Shown in pieces: positions 29,702-39,839 of a stretch of DNA of 64,000 nt. Both the position numbers and the translations under genes were made by a program. Position 1 is the stretch's first letter, and every line of letters starts with the position of its first letter. The stretch covers positions 4,224,001-4,288,000 of the forward strand of contig OZ245842.1 of NCBI GenBank assembly GCA_965228895.1, given 5' to 3'. The notes beneath the pieces were generated by a model, which was not told where the DNA came from, did not search any database, and worked only from the letters and a program-made list of their open reading frames with translations. Source of the DNA: Alphaproteobacteria bacterium (lineage in GTDB: Bacteria > Pseudomonadota > Alphaproteobacteria > SP197).

Positions 29702-30200
29702 AGAGGAATTGATAGACGAAGGTTGGCGTTGTGCTACCGGTTGACCATGTCATGAGCGATGGTGGTGAACAGAAAGTGCGGCATGAACCGACGACTCGGA
29801 CAGTTGTGCCTCCCGTCACGGTATCGCTGCAATCGGTGGTAACAGGGCAAAAACGTTCGGCCTCCCCATGGCCGCTTGTTCCATCTCATTGAAGTCATCT
29901 GAGGTGACTGTCGACATGTATCTGCATTTGGCGACCTCGCATGATGAACTCACTCTCGTTTCAGGATACACGGCATGACGTGTACAGCCCGAGTGGAACG
30001 CAGGAGTTGAAAAAACCTGTCAAGAATTGGAGTTGTCCGAACAGTAATCATAGCAGTCTGCTGCATTGTGACCGCACCCATGATGACCTTCGCACCTTGA
30101 TCCCCCTGTACTCATCGGCCGGCTCGGCTATGTACATTTTCCGCACCGGTAGAATTCAAAGCACTTCTATCTACCCCAATTGGAAGATGCAGTCGGCGTG

Positions 30201-30410
30201 ATGAACACGCGATACACAATGACCTGCCCGCATGGGCACCAACACACTGAAACCACACCCAGCGACATTGGTCAGCTCTTCGTTACCCGTGCCCATTATG
30301 GCGAAGGTTTGCCGCCCAACACGCGCAACTGCTGCGTCTTCTGTCAAGACGGTACGGCGCCGTGCCCTCCAATTCGATGCGCCAAAGGGCTAGATGAAAA
30401 GCCTGATTGA
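30201..30410 (+). CDS. Degenerate GDCCVxC-domain small Cys-rich protein
   Basis: TCPHGHQHTET.P...NCCVFCQDG..PCPPI. The middle Cys residues of the family appear lost. Confidence 0.6.
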   Translation: MNTRYTMTCPHGHQHTETTPSDIGQLFVTRAHYGEGLPPNTRNCCVFCQDGTAPCPPIRCAKGLDEKPD

Positions 30411-30945
30411 TACGATCGTTGGCAAGTTGAACGGGCCATGGTTTGGAAACAGCAGAACGCTGAGACGACTGGCGTTGGCTGCAGCGTTAACCACCGGGAT
30501 CGTTGCACTCGATCAGTTCACCAAGTGGCTCGCCGAAAACATCATGCAGGGCACTACTCAACCCCTCAATGTGACAGCGTTCTTCAATCTCGTGCTGAGC
30601 TATAATCGCGGGGTCAGCTTTGGTTTGTTGAGCACACAACACCCCCTCATGCCTTATGTGCTGGGCACGGTGGCTTTGGCTCTGATCGTCCTGCTTGGCC
30701 TATGGCTCTGGCGTACGTCAAGCTCTCTTCTGGCAATCGGGCTCACCTGTGTTTTTGCCGGCGCGATCAGCAACGCGGTCGATAGGATGCACGATGGTGC
30801 CGTTACAGATTTCTTGGACTTCTATGCTGGAAGTTACCATTGGCCAACGTTTAACCTGGCCGATGTCGCCATTTCATGTGGCGTCTTCGTCATTGTTTTC
30901 GAGACGTTCTTGATCAATCCGGACCGACGGAGCAACAAGACGTAA
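30394..30945 (+). CDS. lspA: Lipoprotein signal peptidase II
   Basis: DQFTK, NRGVSFG, GAISNAVDR, VTDF, FNLAD. Confidence 0.92.
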   Translation: MKSLIDTIVGKLNGPWFGNSRTLRRLALAAALTTGIVALDQFTKWLAENIMQGTTQPLNVTAFFNLVLSYNRGVSFGLLSTQHPLMPYVLGTVALALIVLLGLWLWRTSSSLLAIGLTCVFAGAISNAVDRMHDGAVTDFLDFYAGSYHWPTFNLADVAISCGVFVIVFETFLINPDRRSNKT

Positions 30946-31032
30946 GGGATCGCAATGAACGCCCCGCTACACGCCGAATGTGTGAAGCCAGACAAAAAGG
31001 CACGGCTATCAAACGGCGGAGAATCTCGCTTC

Positions 31033-31143
31033 TTAGGCACTGAAGAAGAACCGGATAGCGTAGGCTACGACGCCAACTATCGTGATTGCCGCTGCACAAG
31101 CGGCGAGAACAACGAAAGCGCGGACTAGGATCTTCTGCATCAT
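31033..31143 (-). CDS. 36-aa single-TM small protein (below the ORF-track cutoff)
   Basis: MMQKILVRAFVVLAACAAAITIVGVVAYAIRFFFSA*, with a GGGAG RBS at 31151-31155. Confidence 0.5.
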   Translation of the reverse strand: MMQKILVRAFVVLAACAAAITIVGVVAYAIRFFFSA

Positions 31144-31500
31144 CAGAACTCTCCCGTATCAGCACACTCAACAGCCACAGCCACTCACGTTCATTCGGTT
31201 ACCGCGCGCCATCGTGATGGCAGCGCTCCTTCCTTATCGGTGCGGCAAGCTTTGATCGGCCGTGAACCATCATCAAGCAGTTGCAGCGTACGCCTGGAAT
31301 GAACGAGGCGACCTACGCAGCAATTTCTGATGCGATGGTTCGCATGACTTTGTGCGACGTGACTGATCTGCCGACACAACATGCTTAGACTTGACGATGT
31401 CATGGCACTGCACGGTCGCGTGGATCTCCTCGCAGCCGCAGCAGTGCGCCAAACTCACTCTGGTGATGATCCGCTGTCCCGCTACTTTAAATTTGCGCTG

Positions 31501-31531
31501 ACTTTAGGACCTACAGCAGCTGTAGGATCAA
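31501..31531 (-). promoter_or_regulatory. MerR-type promoter/operator
   Basis: Minus strand: TTGATC, 19-bp spacer CTACAGCTGCTGTAGGTCC, then TAAAGT. Confidence 0.75.
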
Positions 31532-31783
31532 GTGAACAAATCCCAATGGAAACATCACTGGTGTGTCTTTGTGCTGCAAGCGTTGGGCCGGTAGTGTCAC
31601 ATCAACGTGCCGCAGTCAGGCTAAGAAGACTAACCTCACGACCGGGTGATGATGGCATGTTGTGAATGACCATCAGTGTGCCGCCTTCTAGTTCTAAGCG
31701 GTATGATCTCAGCAGCAAGATCGATGCTCATCCATTGGACCACAGCGGCCTGACACCACTACGGAGAAGTTGAGAATCGGAAC

Positions 31784-32389
31784 ATGATCACACGACGAAA
31801 AGTGCTTCACATCGGAGTATTCGTTGCGGCGATGCTGCAGCTATCAAGTATGGCCTTGGCCCAGGAACCACTGCCCGACATGATAGTGGGTGATTCTGAC
31901 GCGCCGGTCGAAATCATCGAGTACGCCTCTATGACCTGCCCGCACTGTGCGGCATTCCACACCGATACACTGCCAACAATCAAAGAACGCTATATCGATA
32001 CCGGCAAGGTCAAGCTGGTGTTCCGGGAGTTCCCGCTCGACCGCATGGCGGTTACCACGTCAGCGATCGCGCGCTGTGCGGGCGAGGATCAGTTTTTTGC
32101 GGTTGTCGACACGCTGTTCCGCACCCAGGCACAGTGGTCCCGAGCTGAGGGTACGCTTCAAGATTTGAAGAAGGTCGTCGAAACGGCGGGACTCGAACCA
32201 ACGATGGTCGACACCTGCCTGGAAAATCAGGCGATCATCGAAGGCATCCTGGCAGTCCGGCTCAACGGTGAACGGAACTATGACATTCACGCGACACCGA
32301 CCTTCATCATCAATGGCGACAGCTACGACGGCTATATGACTGTTGAGGAGTTCGAAGCCGTTCTTGCCCCCTACTTGGAGGAGGGGTGA
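31784..32389 (+). CDS. DsbA-family protein
   Basis: TRRK signal, EYASMTCPHC, REFPL, TPTF. Confidence 0.9.
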   Translation: MITRRKVLHIGVFVAAMLQLSSMALAQEPLPDMIVGDSDAPVEIIEYASMTCPHCAAFHTDTLPTIKERYIDTGKVKLVFREFPLDRMAVTTSAIARCAGEDQFFAVVDTLFRTQAQWSRAEGTLQDLKKVVETAGLEPTMVDTCLENQAIIEGILAVRLNGERNYDIHATPTFIINGDSYDGYMTVEEFEAVLAPYLEEG

Positions 32390-32814
32390 TTTGTCTGTCC
32401 AGTATGTCATTGCGCTGCGGCGTGAGATTCGCTCTTCGTGTGTCCGCACTAGCGGTGTGTTCCAGGTTACCTATTCCAGGTTTCGCGAGGAGGTTAAAAG
32501 ACGGAAACTTGTGCCTGGATTTTGTACTGTCGACAATACCGTTGCGCCCGCGTAATCGGCAAATCGAAGTCGATCTCCCCAGCTTGCACGGCCAACCGGT
32601 ACTCACGGTTCTATGGCTAATCCGCATCTCACCTTAAGTGCCCTTGCGCCTTCGGAAACCCAATCAGCCAACATCCTCGACCCTCGACAATATGTCGCCA
32701 CCGAACTCAAACTCACCAACGCCGGCGACACACCATGTTTGCGACCGAACGTCTCATTGTCACACACGGCCAATCAAGGTTAGAGCACATCCGAAATATC
32801 CGGCATATGGTTTT

Positions 32815-33258
32815 CTAGTGTCCGGACGGGTCCTCGACCATAACTATCACGCTTATGCTGCCCTTGTTGCCAAAGTCCAAAACGAGGTCGAATGAGTCGC
32901 CTTCCGTGAGCGGCTTCGTCAGGCCGGATAACCAGATATGCTCCCGCCACGGGGCCATACCCAACGGCTTGTCTGGGCTGACGTCGATCGTCTCCGGCCA
33001 CGATACTACGCCATTGTCCATGGTGCGGAAGCGGACCTGGTCGGCGACCGACGCCGACGCGCTGAGAAGACGAACTGTACTATCGCTACGGTTGGCTATG
33101 GCCCCATACACCGGCACGCTCGTAGCACCACTCTCGGGCGGCGGTGCCCAGACGTGACCAATCGCTGTATCGCCCAGGGTGTAGCTATGTGCGACAGCAG
33201 AGGCCGGCATTGAAACCGCGGCGAGAAGAATTGCAGCCAACACGAATACAGGGGTCAC
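32815..33258 (-). CDS. PCu(A)C-like periplasmic protein with a degenerate Cu site
   Basis: Signal peptide, IGHVWA, RLLSAS, EHIWLSGL..PL.EGD.F.L.LDF. Confidence 0.7.
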   Translation of the reverse strand: MTPVFVLAAILLAAVSMPASAVAHSYTLGDTAIGHVWAPPPESGATSVPVYGAIANRSDSTVRLLSASASVADQVRFRTMDNGVVSWPETIDVSPDKPLGMAPWREHIWLSGLTKPLTEGDSFDLVLDFGNKGSISVIVMVEDPSGH

Positions 33259-33301
33259 GTTCGCGGCGCCGTCAGTGTCGCATGGTCAACCTGACGGCGC
33301 C

Positions 33302-33757
33302 TCATCCGTCAGGCCCTTTGGCGCCCGGATTTATGATTGGCACAATGACGTCAGTTTCGCTGTCATCTGCAAAACGCAGGTAGAGTTCAAGGCTTTCACC
33401 CACGTCCAACGACTGGACGAGATCCATCATCATGATGTGCAGACCGCCTGGCGCCAGGACGACACGTTCTCCCGGCAGAATCCTAACGTCGCCTGCCGGC
33501 TCCATACGTACAACGCCGTCATCTTCCTTAACGGTACGATGCACATCTGCGCGATCTGCGGCCGAACTTTCGACCTCGATGAGATAGGCCGTTTCGCTGC
33601 CATTGTTAACGAGCGTCAGAAATGCGGCAGCAGGACGCGATGCCCCGATCGACGCACGCGCCCATGGCTTCTCTACGCTAACACTGGACTGGACCCCTGC
33701 ATTCCCATGTGAAGCAAAAAAATTTAGCGAAAGCAATAGTGCAATGGCAGTGCTCAT
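33302..33757 (-). CDS. Copper chaperone PCu(A)C
   Basis: PWARAS, VH...M...APGGLHIMM. Confidence 0.88.
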   Translation of the reverse strand: MSTAIALLLSLNFFASHGNAGVQSSVSVEKPWARASIGASRPAAAFLTLVNNGSETAYLIEVESSAADRADVHRTVKEDDGVVRMEPAGDVRILPGERVVLAPGGLHIMMMDLVQSLDVGESLELYLRFADDSETDVIVPIINPGAKGPDG

Positions 33758-33936
33758 CTTTTCCTCGCTGTTTGCATTTTGCGATCTACGGAGACAGAGC
33801 AGTTTATCTGCACGACTTCCTCGGGCCTGTGGCAAAAAGATGATGAGGGCCAGACACGAGACATCACAACCTGCGGACCAGCGATCGATCGCTGGTCGCG
33901 ATGTTGCGGCCGGATTCCAGGATCTGTCCGAACCAC

Positions 33937-34590
33937 TCATCGTCGTGGCGCATCGTTGTCAAAGTCGACTGGCTCTGCCCGATCTAGCTTGGCATCGATT
34001 TCTTCTGAACCTGCTCTGAGATCTCGTGCCGCCGCCACGTCCTCGGTCGACAAGTCCGTCTGCTTAAAGAACGTGTAGGACAACGTTATGCTGCGAACTT
34101 CATTCGTGCCCCGGTCTTCAAGAAGTTGCTCGTCTACGAACAGGACAAGCGGCATTCGGGCACTCTCACCGGGTCCGAGTCGTTGTTCGGTGAAGCAGAA
34201 ACACTCGATCTTGAAGAAGTATGGCGCGGTCTTGTAGGGCGTCACATTAAACGTCGCCCGCGCCACGACCGTTTCATCGGAATTGTTCTTGGCGTAGTAA
34301 TAGACTTTGGCTGGCTCACCAAAGCGAGTTTCGACTTTACGTTGCTCGGGTCTAAATTCCCATGGGAGGCCCGGCGCAATGTTGGCGTCAAAGTAGACGG
34401 TCACTGATTCGTTTGACGCGACCAACGCTGAATCCGGTGCCGTTGATTGCTGTACCGTTCCACCGAACCCCGTGAGATTGCAGAACGTTTGGTAAAGCGT
34501 GGGCGCATAGATTACCAGCCCGCTCATGACGGCCATGATCGCGCCCGAAAGGGCAAGACTCCGAATGTTTTTGGTGCACAACTTGATCAC
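33937..34590 (-). CDS. ctaG: Cytochrome c oxidase assembly protein CtaG/Cox11
   Basis: LYQTFCNLTGFGG, KIECFCF, ITLSYTFF. Confidence 0.92.
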   Translation of the reverse strand: MIKLCTKNIRSLALSGAIMAVMSGLVIYAPTLYQTFCNLTGFGGTVQQSTAPDSALVASNESVTVYFDANIAPGLPWEFRPEQRKVETRFGEPAKVYYYAKNNSDETVVARATFNVTPYKTAPYFFKIECFCFTEQRLGPGESARMPLVLFVDEQLLEDRGTNEVRSITLSYTFFKQTDLSTEDVAAARDLRAGSEEIDAKLDRAEPVDFDNDAPRR

Positions 34591-34669
34591 CTCCTGCGGA
34601 GCTGATTGTCATAAGACCGTCCCGACCATCTCGCGCGAACTGTTCCGGCAGCCAACTACAGAAAAGGCG

Positions 34670-37036
34670 CTATCGCCCATGCGCCGGGTCTCCAGCAACA
34701 ATGCCGCCGGCACCTCGCTCCCTGCACTCACCGCTTGAGCCAGGGCCTTTGCCAATCTGGAGTAGCCGCAGTGCATTGGCGACGACAAGCAGCGACGCGC
34801 CGACATCAGCCGCGATCGCGCCCCATAGCGATGCGAAACCGGCAAAGGTCAGAACAACGAAAATTGCCTTCACGCCGAGCGAAAAGATGATGTTCTGGCG
34901 GATAATCCAAAGCGTGCGACGCGAGTGACGAACGAGCCATGGCAGCTTCGCCAGGTCATCTGTCATAAGTGCGATATCGGCTGTTTCGATCGCTGCGTCC
35001 GAGCCGGCGGCACCCATGGCAATACCGAAGCTGGCCCGAGCCATAGCCGGAGCGTCATTGACGCCGTCGCCAACCATGGCGACGGTACCATACTTCTTGA
35101 CCAACGCTTCCACGACCAAGACCTTGTCTTCGGGCAAGAGCTCGGCATGCACCTCATCGATACCAACCTGATGAGCAATGACCTGTGCCGTCGTCCGATT
35201 GTCTCCGGTCAACATGACCAAGTGTTCGATGCCACCGACCCGTAGCGCGTCCAGCGCATCGAGAGCCCCGCGCCGCATCGTGTCGGCGATGGCGAGCAGA
35301 CCACAAACGTGTCGGTCGTTGCCGATCACGACAACCGTTTTACCATCTCGCTCTAGCATCTCGGCTCTATCGGTTACGTCCGACGTCTCTTGGCCACGTT
35401 CGATGAGATAGCGATGGGAACCGAGCCAGTAGGCTTCTCCTTCAAACGTCCCGGTAATGCCCTTACCCCTGAAAGTCTGAGCGTCGGCAGCAGGGTGCGT
35501 ACTGATCCCCCGTTCACTCGCAAATTCGATCACCGCCCGTGCCAGAGGGTGTGTGCTTCGCGACTCGAGGGCCAATGCTCGTTCGAGCAGTTCCTCCTCG
35601 CTATGATCGTTGAGCGGAACAACATCGACAACAACTGGCTTGCCACGTGTCAGTGTGCCTGTTTTGTCAAAGGCGAGTGCCTTTAAATGAGCCGGCTGCT
35701 CTATGAACACCCCACCCTTGACCAACACGCCCTGGCGTGCGGAAGCTGCCAGGGCGGCAACGATGCTGACGGGAGTCGAGATCACCAATGCGCATGGGCA
35801 AGCGATGACGAGCAGGACGAGTGCACGGTAAAACCAATCGGCCCAGGAAGCATCGAACGCAAGCGGCGGCACGAGGCAGACGCCAATCGCAGCAACGATC
35901 ACAACGGGTGTGTAGATGCGGGCGAATTTCTCGACCCATTGTTCAGCGAGGGCGCGGCGGCCGTGGGCTTCCTCGACCATTCGAATGATTCGGGCAAGTG
36001 TCGTATTTTCGGCTGTCTTGGTACTCTCGACTTCGAGTGCGCCATCACCATTGATAGTCCCGGCAAAGACCTCGTCTCCGGCCTCCTTGGGCACCGGCAT
36101 GCTCTCGCCGGTGATTGGCGCCTGATTTACGCCGCTGGTACCACTGACAACCGCTCCATCAAGAGGAATTCGCTCGTCGGGCAATACGACAAAGCTTGTG
36201 CCAACCGAGACGCTCGCAGCCGCAACTTCCTCTTCGCGACCATCACCGTGTTTGACCCGTGCGAATGGCGGAGCGAGGTCTAGTAGTGCCGAAATCGCGC
36301 GTCGGGCTCGTCCAACACTCCAGGTTTCTAATGCCAACGAAAGCGCGAATAGGAAGGCCACTGTCGCCCCTTCGAACCAGTCGCCGATACCGATGGCCCC
36401 GGCGATCGCGATTACCATCAAAAGGTTGATATCCGGGCGCATGCGTTTGGCCGCAAACCATGCCTTGGGCAGAACTAGATACACACCGAAACCGATAGCC
36501 ATTGCGTAAGCAATAGTCTCGGGCAGCGGCATGGGCTGGTCGCCGTGGTCCCCGAAAAGACGCAACGCCTCCAAAAAACCGCCAGCGAGCACAACGTGAA
36601 TAACGAGCCCCGTAAGTACCCCGATGCCGCTGAGGGACGTGAAAAGAACTTGCACACGGCGACGTCGGTCATCGGCGCCCGCACTCTCTTGGCCGGGTTG
36701 CCATTCTTCGGCTGTCATCCCAGTACGCGCCACGGCATCGCGCACAGCGGCAGCGGATACAGACTCGGCGTTGTCGAGTACGAGCATGCGACCGTTCAAC
36801 ACGTCGAAGGCAAGCCGCTCCTCGCCACCGACAAGCGGACCAACTTCCCGCTTTAGGGTGGCAACTTCCTCTGCGCAGTCGAGACCCTGGATCTTGAAAG
36901 TGAGCCGTACATCGCCGCCGGGACCGACGCTGCCCGTATCCGCAGCCGACATGTCGGAATGGCGGGAGCAGCAGATTTGATCGCGACCATGCTGATGGTC
37001 ATGCATATCGTCGTGCTGGTGTCCCTGCTGCTGCAT
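34670..37036 (-). CDS. Heavy-metal P1B-type ATPase (Zn/Cd/Pb, ZntA/CadA-like)
   Basis: His-rich N-terminus, GLDCAEE, TGES, CPC, DKTGT, HP, GDGVNDAP. Confidence 0.95.
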   Translation of the reverse strand: MQQQGHQHDDMHDHQHGRDQICCSRHSDMSAADTGSVGPGGDVRLTFKIQGLDCAEEVATLKREVGPLVGGEERLAFDVLNGRMLVLDNAESVSAAAVRDAVARTGMTAEEWQPGQESAGADDRRRRVQVLFTSLSGIGVLTGLVIHVVLAGGFLEALRLFGDHGDQPMPLPETIAYAMAIGFGVYLVLPKAWFAAKRMRPDINLLMVIAIAGAIGIGDWFEGATVAFLFALSLALETWSVGRARRAISALLDLAPPFARVKHGDGREEEVAAASVSVGTSFVVLPDERIPLDGAVVSGTSGVNQAPITGESMPVPKEAGDEVFAGTINGDGALEVESTKTAENTTLARIIRMVEEAHGRRALAEQWVEKFARIYTPVVIVAAIGVCLVPPLAFDASWADWFYRALVLLVIACPCALVISTPVSIVAALAASARQGVLVKGGVFIEQPAHLKALAFDKTGTLTRGKPVVVDVVPLNDHSEEELLERALALESRSTHPLARAVIEFASERGISTHPAADAQTFRGKGITGTFEGEAYWLGSHRYLIERGQETSDVTDRAEMLERDGKTVVVIGNDRHVCGLLAIADTMRRGALDALDALRVGGIEHLVMLTGDNRTTAQVIAHQVGIDEVHAELLPEDKVLVVEALVKKYGTVAMVGDGVNDAPAMARASFGIAMGAAGSDAAIETADIALMTDDLAKLPWLVRHSRRTLWIIRQNIIFSLGVKAIFVVLTFAGFASLWGAIAADVGASLLVVANALRLLQIGKGPGSSGECRERGAGGIVAGDPAHGR

Positions 37037-37116
37037 GGTGCTAATCCTGACTGTTACGGCGATAACCGGGCGGCGAGAAATCGTGACTCCGGCATGCCTT
37101 GCGGCAATTCCTTCTG

Positions 37117-37147
37117 ATCCTAAGAGCTACAGCAACTGTAGGTTCAA
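37117..37147 (-). promoter_or_regulatory. MerR-type promoter/operator for the P1B ATPase
   Basis: Minus strand: TTGAAC, 19-bp spacer CTACAGTTGCTGTAGCTCT, then TAGGAT. Confidence 0.8.
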
Positions 37148-37504
37148 GGGTTACTTGGCGAGAGATGTGCTCGAAATCGCAATGAACAAAGCGCATGTTC
37201 GCCTTGGAATGGGAACATGGCGGACTGGGTCCATTCGGAATGTCAATCCCGTTCATCATCAACATCTAAGGGACCGACTCACGGCCGACGACGATGGCGC
37301 TCGTCATGGTCAATCGAACGAGCACTCGTTCTGCGCTTAACATTTAGCTATACACTGCCTGCCGCGATGAAGACGATGCCGGCGGGTCGTTCCTGCGATT
37401 TTGTCGTGCATTATCAAGCACTCAGCTTCCGGACTTGCTTAGCGACTAAATTCTTCCTAACTATAGAAGGCCAAGGCTACAGTGACTGGAGGTCCGAGGC
37501 GGAA

Positions 37505-37990
37505 GTGGAACTCAATGACAGGTTCACGATCGGTCAACTCTCACGAGAAACCGGTTGCAAGGTCCAAACAATCCGCTACTACGAGGAAATCGGGCTTATG
37601 CCTGAGCCCGAACGGTCAAGCGGCAACCAACGCCTTTATGATCGAACCCAAATGGACAGATTGGCTTTTGTTCGACATTCACGAGAACTTGGTTTTCCTC
37701 TCGAGGCAATCCGCGAACTGCTAAGCTTAGCTGATGATCCGTCAAGGCCTTGCGAGGCCGCAGATGCGATCGCACAAGTACATCTCAAGCAGATAGAGAA
37801 TCGACTTGTTCGTCTTCGGGCACTTAAACGTGAGCTAGAGCGCATGGTGAAGCAGTGCAAGGGCGGAACGGTCTCGGACTGCCGAGTTATTGAAGTTCTT
37901 GCCGATCACTCAAAATGCCTGAGCGACGATCATCGCGACCTATCGTTGACACAGGGCAACCGGGTGACGCGATCGCGGAAGGCGCTGTGA
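37505..37990 (+). CDS. MerR-family regulator (CadR/PbrR/ZntR-like)
   Basis: FTIGQLS, TIRYYE, three Cys (RPC, QC, DC) and a GTG start with a GGAGG RBS. Confidence 0.9.
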   Translation: MELNDRFTIGQLSRETGCKVQTIRYYEEIGLMPEPERSSGNQRLYDRTQMDRLAFVRHSRELGFPLEAIRELLSLADDPSRPCEAADAIAQVHLKQIENRLVRLRALKRELERMVKQCKGGTVSDCRVIEVLADHSKCLSDDHRDLSLTQGNRVTRSRKAL

Positions 37991-38076
37991 CAGGTGGACC
38001 CCCACCAAACTTGGAAGCACCACCACCACAAGCATCAAAACACGGCTAGGAATGCGCCAAGTGGCGCCTTAGAACC

Positions 38077-38832
38077 TTAGAACAGGTCGACAAGAAAGGT
38101 ATCGTGACCAGAGGCTGGCGCGGTCTGCGCAGGTTTTGCGGACTCCGGTTGCTGGTCATCTGACGCGGGCATGTAGATCCAGCCGTCGACACGGTTGAGC
38201 GCATAGATCGGCTGGTAAGCATCATTCATGACGGATTCGACATCGGCGCTCAGATTATCGAGGACCAGCGAGCGGTCGCCTTTCCGGACCTCCAACACAG
38301 CATGGTGCATGCCACGGCTTTCATCCAGAAGCACCACCACACGCAGATCCTGTTCGGCAAATCCCAGAAGCTTGAGTGCCGCATATTTGGCAATCGCATA
38401 GTCTTCGCAATCGCCTGATCCGGCAATGAAGGACAGCGGTGACTGCCAGACGTCTTCGATACCAAAGGTACTGATGTCGGTAGTGTAAGGCAGACGATTG
38501 AAATAGTCGTTGACGGCCTCAAGCTGACTGTCGGGTGATTGATCGGCAACGCCGGTCAGAAACGCCACAAATTTCATGACATCAGGACGGCTGCAACTGC
38601 CGCCTTGCCGGCACACTTCAATTTCAGCGCTGTCCCGGTCGATCAGAGCGCCGAGATTGCGCCACGCCGGAATGTTGAGTGCATCACCGACATTGACCTC
38701 GACGAGATCACCGTCATGATCGGCCACCACAGGTGCCGGGAAGGCAAAACATGCCACAGCGGCTGCCAGAAGCCCGCGACGAAACCCAATTACTGGCCCA
38801 AATCGAAGCAGAGTCATTTCTGCGACCACCAA
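38077..38832 (-). CDS. Transglutaminase-like cysteine peptidase (BTLCP/LapG family)
   Basis: GDCEDYAIAKY, HAVL, VLDN. Confidence 0.88.
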   Translation of the reverse strand: MVVAEMTLLRFGPVIGFRRGLLAAAVACFAFPAPVVADHDGDLVEVNVGDALNIPAWRNLGALIDRDSAEIEVCRQGGSCSRPDVMKFVAFLTGVADQSPDSQLEAVNDYFNRLPYTTDISTFGIEDVWQSPLSFIAGSGDCEDYAIAKYAALKLLGFAEQDLRVVVLLDESRGMHHAVLEVRKGDRSLVLDNLSADVESVMNDAYQPIYALNRVDGWIYMPASDDQQPESAKPAQTAPASGHDTFLVDLF

Positions 38833-39311
38833 GTAATGCGTAACAATTTAGGATAGTTTAGCGATACCTCGAAGGTGGTATGTGATGACTATCACTAAGG
38901 CAGATAATGCTTCTCATCCATTGCCTCAATTGTCTGAGTGACCGGCTGGCTGAGCTCAATTGGGCGTATGTCTGGGTCACGGATCTGTCTCGGCCTGGCT
39001 TCCTCGACAAAGTTGGCAACCCGACGGATTATGATCGGTGACCTCAACGGGCAAGATGTCGGCCCAACCCAAATCCCTTGAATCAGATATTCGATCCGAA
39101 TGGAGTTATCCGTGACTCATTGCGTTCAGAATTTCGTCTGACAGTGCGAAAGCAGGATAGGACATGACTAGGTGCGGCAGTGATTTTGCCGACGCAGTCG
39201 AAATTCAAACCGACCCGGAGCGATAGGCTGCAGTAGCCGGCGGCAAGCTGCAGAATTGATGTTGGTAACCGACGCGGACGCATGGTTCCTTGCCCTGCTG
39301 GAGACTCAATC

Positions 39312-39839
39312 CTATTCCCGATTTCCCGCAATCACGTCTTCGAAGAGGGCAATCATTTCTGGTGTATCCCATTCGGCGGGCCCCACAAGTCGTCCGAGCT
39401 CTTTGCCGTCCGGCCCAACCAGAATTGTGGCGGGCAGGCCGAACACCTTGAGCTCCCCTGCCGCCCGTCCGCTTTGGTCGATGAAGATCTGCAAGTGCTT
39501 GATACCTATCTCATCAAAAAACCCGGCGACGGCATCAACACCTGCGCGATCGATCGAGAGCGCAATCACTTCAAAGTTGTCACCGCCGAGGAGTGCTTGC
39601 AGACTGTCGAGCGTCGGCATTTCTTCCCGGTACGGCGGGCACCAAGTAGCCCAAACATTAAGAAGCACGACCTTCCCACGCCACGCTTTGAGTGAGAGTA
39701 CCGTGCCGGACTCATCGGTAAAGGTGATCTCCGCCAAGGGAAGCGGTTCTTCGTGCAGTAACATGTCAGAAGGGCCGGCGGCATGCACACTCACAGCACT
39801 CACCACAATCCCCAACAAAACGGCCACGGTTAACCTCAT
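39312..39839 (-). CDS. TlpA-family thioredoxin with CxxC changed to CPPY
   Basis: LLNVWATWCPPYREEMP, GLPAT. Confidence 0.85.
   Translation of the reverse strand: MRLTVAVLLGIVVSAVSVHAAGPSDMLLHEEPLPLAEITFTDESGTVLSLKAWRGKVVLLNVWATWCPPYREEMPTLDSLQALLGGDNFEVIALSIDRAGVDAVAGFFDEIGIKHLQIFIDQSGRAAGELKVFGLPATILVGPDGKELGRLVGPAEWDTPEMIALFEDVIAGNRE

Noticed and set aside
37444-37474. Additional CueR-like promoter on the minus strand (TTGGCC-TTCTATAGTTAGGAAG)
   Set aside because: The -10 is poor and no credible gene follows. It may be a relic but is not supportable.
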